Shown: positions 59,001 to 64,000 of the stretch, in pieces
How positions within the stretch are numbered: position 1 is the first letter of the stretch
How the letters are laid out: each line of letters opens with the position of its first letter
Assembly (NCBI RefSeq): GCF_009914755.1
Contig: NC_060942.1
Length of the DNA stretch: 64,000 nucleotides
Strand: one strand, 5' to 3'
Origin: the human T2T-CHM13v2.0 reference genome, Homo sapiens
Position numbers and translations under genes: made by a program
The notes under the pieces: model-generated
What the model was told of the DNA's origin: nothing
The model's input: only the letters and a program-made list of their open reading frames with translations
Database searches by the model: none

Positions 59001-60082
59001 TTACATAGAAATTTTCAATTTAGTTTGTCACCTATTCGAAGAAGTATGCTAGGATTTTAATTGCAGCTGCACTGAATTGAAAGATTAATTTAGGAAGAAT
59101 TTCCATCTTAATAATAGTGAATCTCGCAATTCATTAACATGGTATATCTCTCCATACACTAAGGTCTTTGATTTTCCTTTTATAATTTTCAGTGTACAGG
59201 CCATACACACCTTTCATTAAATTTATTCCTAAGAATTGTTTATGCTCTTGTAAATGAAAGTATTTTAAAATTTTCATTTTAAGTCACTGCTGGTTTAAAG
59301 AAATACAGTTGATTTGTGTACATAAACCCTGTATTCTGTGACTTTGCTAAACTCCTTTATTTGTTCTAGTAGCTCGTTTGTGTATTCTCTAGACTTTTCT
59401 TGGCATAAAGTCATATCTTTTGAACAGAGACGCTGTTTTACATCTTTTTTTCCCAGCCTGTATGCCTTTAATGTCTTTTTTTTTTTACTTTACTGCACTG
59501 TTCAGAACCTTCAGTACAAACTTGAATAAAAGCATTTAAAAAAATAGGACATGCTTACTCTGTTCCTCATGTAAGATAAAAAGCAAGAGCTTTTTATGAC
59601 TGAGTAGTAATATGAGCTGTATGTTTTTTGTAGGTACTTTTAATCAGATTGAGGAAGTCTCCTTCTGTTCCTACTTTGCTGGTAGTTTTTACAATAAGTA
59701 AATGTTGAAATTTGTCAAATACTTTTTCTGCATCTATTGAAATGATTATATGTTTTTTTCAAATATTCTGTAATTATAATAAATTGTATTGATTAAGTTT
59801 TCAGATATTAAACCAACCTTACATGTTTGGGATAAATCCCATTTGGCCATGATGTATTATTCCTTTTATATATTGTTAGATTCTGTTTGCTAAAATTTTG
59901 CTAAGGACTTTTGCATCTGGCTTCATTAGAGATATTGGTCTGTTGTCTTCTCTTTCTTATGATATGTTTATCTGGTTTGGTATCAGAGTAGTATTGGTTC
60001 ATAAAATGAATAGAGAAATTGTCCTGTTTCCTCTATTTTCTGAAATAATTTGCATAAGGTGGTATTATTTCCTTTTTAAATA

Positions 60083-60603
60083 CAGTCATGCATTGCTTAC
60101 AGAAGGGGGTAGGTGTACTTACATAAACCTAGATGGTATAGCTGACTGCACACCTAGGGTATATGGCAGCAGTCCCCAACCTTTTTGACACCAGGGACCG
60201 GTTTCATGGAAGACAAGTTTTTCCATGGACTGAGGGTGTGCAGGAGGATAGTTTCAGGATGAAACTGTTCTACCTCAGATAATCGTCATCAGGCATTAGT
60301 TAGATTCTCATAAGGAGCATGCAACCTAGATCCCTCACCTGCACAGTTCATAATGGGGCTCACACACCTGTGAGAATCTAATGCTGCTGCTGATCTGACA
60401 GGAGGCAGAGCTCAGGAGATAATGCTCCCTCACCCACCGCTCACCTCCTGCTGTGCGGCCCAGTTCCTAACAGTCCATGAACCGGTACTCGTCTGCAGCC
60501 CAGAGGTTGGGGACCCCTGCCGTACAGTATAGCCTGCTGCTCCAACCACCATTATAAATGTGGTCCATCATTGACCAATACATTGTTATGAGGCACATAA
60601 CTG
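60083..60603. mobile_element. Tigger3a (Golem)-type element, internally deleted
   Basis: TA|cagtcatgc start and gcacataactg|TA end, with gtgtacttacataaacctagatggtatagc inside. Confidence 0.8.
60167..60519 (-). mobile_element. MER1B (hAT-Charlie)
   Basis: TIRs cagcagtccccaacc and ggttggggacccctg. Internal ttagattctcataaggagc. Confidence 0.92.
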
Positions 60604-60646
60604 TATTTAATAGGATTCATCAGAGAAACCACCTGGGCCTGGAATT

Positions 60647-60672
60647 TGTGTGTGTGTGTATGTGTGTGTGTG
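60647..60672. repeat. (TG)n microsatellite
   Basis: tgtgtgtgtgtgtatgtgtgtgtgtg. Confidence 0.9.
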
Positions 60673-61379
60673 AGAAAGAAAGAGAAAAAGGGAGATATTT
60701 AATTATTATTTAGATTATTTAACTGATACGGGGCTCTTCAGTTTTTCTGTTCTTTCTTATATTCATTATCATAATTTATATCTTTCAAGAAATTTGTCCA
60801 TTTTCATCTAACTTGTTAAATCTATTGGCACAAAATTATTTATAATATTGTTTATTAGCCTTTTAATATTTGTAGGATCTGTAGTGGTATTTCCTCTTTT
60901 GTTCTTGATCTTGGTAATTTATGTCTTCCCTGTTTTCTTCTTGCCAGTCTAGCTAGAGAACTTATCAGATTTGTTGATCTTGTCAAATACCCAGCTTTTC
61001 TCTTCATTCATTTTTCTCTATTACTTTTCTACTTTTTATTGAATTGTGTTCTTATCTTTATTATCTCTTTTCATTTACTTACTTTGGAGTTTGTTTTTCT
61101 TTTTCTGATTTCTTAAGGTGAGAATTTAGAGAATTGATTTTATGTCTTCTTTTATAACACAAGCACTTGAAGCTGTAGACATTCCTGTAAGCACCAATTT
61201 AGCTGTATCTCACAAATTTTTAATTGTTTTATTTTTACTGTGATTCAATTCAAAATATTTTCCAGGTTACCCCATATTTTTTTCACCCATTTTAAAGAAT
61301 GGGATAGTAGAGTATAAATGAGAGAAAAAAATGCAGCTTTCCATTCACATATTTCTTGGATGTGAAGAGTCTCATTTAA

Positions 61380-61692
<313 letters not shown>

Positions 61693-64000
61693 TTATGACT
61701 CTTACTGGGAATAAGCCTTCCTCAGGGAAGTCAGGCTCTGGTTAGGGCTTATGGCTCTAGAGTTTATCTGCTTAATGATGTCTTTGAAGAAATGATGAGT
61801 AATCTTTCTCTTATTTGTCCCTAGGAGGGAAATTAGGGTTAGTGTTTTTGTACCTCCTTGGCTCTTAATGAGAAATTCAGTTTCCTTTGGTGTAACTTTT
61901 GATTTTGGCTTTAATTCCCCTCCCCTCGTTACAAAGAAAAAACAGAGAAGTAGTTTCTGCCAAGTACTCTTTTTCTCAGAGTAGAGTGATTGCTTTTATA
62001 GGCTTGTTTGAGTGATAAAAGCTTGTTAGGAAATCATCTTTATGCCTTCCCTGCAATGCTTTATTTCGAGACCTCTGGGGAGACATGGGGTCCAGGAAAT
62101 GGGTGGGGAGCATGTGACTGTGTGAGCGCAAGGACCCACGTCAGGGAGCAACTGTGTGCTTGTTTGAACACCAGCTAGCTGAAGGAAGAGGTTATTCAGG
62201 TAATTGCTCAGTCCCTAAACGTAGCTCAATTTCCTTTTGTTATATTTGCATAGAAAAAGAGCTGTTCAAGGGAGGAACCAGAGCACGAAAAAGCTAGTAT
62301 TTCTCTTTTGCCAATAGGAAAAACAGATGCAAGCTCTTCTTGACTTAGTATCCTTCACTACAGAAAGCCCTTTTATGTTTTTGTGGATAAACATAGATTA
62401 TTTTCCACCCCCTTTCCTCCTCTTTCAAGGTGGCTATCTGACTCCATGCACCTATTTAGTATTTATCACTGTTGTGATATTTGTGCTTTCTCATTTGCCC
62501 AAATGGGAGAAGCAAATGAAGTAGGTATCATGATCACTGTGTCTTGGTGGGAGGAAAGACATGACATCTGAAATTAATGGGACTAATGTAAGGATTGATA
62601 TTTTCATATTTGCTCAATTGCATCCTGGGTTAAGCACATTCAACAGGTAAAGAATTCACTGTCTAATTATAATTCTTCTTTCAAAAAAGAAACCCATAGT
62701 GCATAAAAAAGAAGTGTAACCAATGTCAACACTGGAAGGGAGAAACAGGTGCTGGCAGACAAATGTCCTGACATGGGGCCACATTGCTATGCCTTGGGCT
62801 GGCTATGGCCACCTGGGTCCTTGAAGACCACTGTCAGCCCACAGGCAAAGTCCTGTAGGCCCTGACACCCCCAGGGTTGGGGCCGATGGAGCCAGGGTCA
62901 CCCGCATGCCAAAGCTCCTTCTGGCCCAAGAACAGGGAAATGAGGAAAGTCCACAGTCAGAAGTTACGCAGCCAGATGCCAGGGAGGTTGAGTAAAACAG
63001 AATATTTTGTTTGGTTTGTTTTCATGCCAAATCTTCCCAATTTATCTGTGTTTGTCTTTTTTAAAAAATACAAGTTTTTAAAAAACTAGCAAAAGATATG
63101 GGCCAAGAAATTGAGATCCCCGTAATTCTTTGTTTAGTCTGTAAGGCAGAGTACATTTGCATCTGAAATTAAATGGCCATTGAATAAACACAGGGACTCA
63201 ATATTTGTAAGGGCACTAATGTTTGCAGATGTCTGCAGTTGTTAAGGGCAAGCCAAGGAAACAGGAAATGCTGGGACTCATATTTTTTTTCTGGAAGAAA
63301 TGGGCATTCCAAATGCATCCTATATAACCTTTTCTTCTTCTTCTTCTTCAGGTACATCCATAATAGTTTCTGAAAGGTATTCAATCCTGGTGGAGAGCTG
63401 GAGATGTGTTTATGCTGGGGGTTGTTAAATATATTTACAGCCTTTTCAGAGAGTTCCGTGGGGGTTCGTCAGTGGTTATTTATTAGTCTGCTTCAACATC
63501 TGCTGGCTGGAAAATAATCTGTCCAAGGCAATTCACAGGAACATTATAAATTGCTTCCGATTATAATGAGCAGTAGGAAAGGTAATTTGAGGGAAATTCC
63601 ACGCATGTTAGTTACAGCGTGTCAGAAGCAAGATCTGGTGTGAAATGCCCAGAGAATCAGTGTCTGCTGATAACAGTTATAAGATGGAAGGTTCTGGGTG
63701 TCTCGACCGTGTTTTTCTTCCTGTCTCACTTCTGGGCTTGCTGGGCAACTTGCCTGCTTGCTGGGGTTCTTTGGAGCCTGTGGGCACCTTCATGTGGGCA
63801 CTGAGCAGAGCCAGCCCTGCCCCTTCCTGCAGGCACTGCCAGCGGTCCCTGAGTGGAGGTGGAGGTGGAAACCTTGAGTGTTGAGGCCCCTGGGGGCTGC
63901 TGCATTCTAGTTTCCAAGACAGAGTCTGCAGAGCTGTGGCAACCCTCAGAGGCCCACACACACCTCCAAAGCCAGCCCGACCCCGCAAGGCACTCTCACC

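Overview
This is primate, almost certainly human, genomic DNA rather than microbial: it carries about 17 Alu elements (FRAM, J, S and Y subfamilies), L1, L2, MIR, ERV and MaLR solo LTRs, and Tigger and hAT DNA transposon fossils. I found no protein-coding exon I can recognise and cannot name the host gene. The window looks like the long 5' or intronic part of a + strand locus, with two CpG-enriched patches ending in strong splice donors (19104 and 55095) that may be alternative first exons. The long ORFs in the track come from a 47-copy, 40-bp minisatellite (20838-22708) or from repeat remnants. I cannot support a new biological system here. The items most worth a second look are: (1) the nearly stop-free, quasi-palindromic VNTR; (2) a 210-bp templated copy of Tigger1 sequence placed 1.7 kb from its donor inside a nested transposon pile; (3) a diverged direct duplication in unique DNA (about 36230 and 37852); (4) a MER41-group LTR keeping GAS, AP-1 and CArG motifs; (5) an Alu with a T-tract where its A-tail should be; (6) a candidate 17-codon first exon at 55045-55095. 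Repeat subfamily names are from recalled consensus sequences, and boundaries are approximate unless TSDs are quoted.
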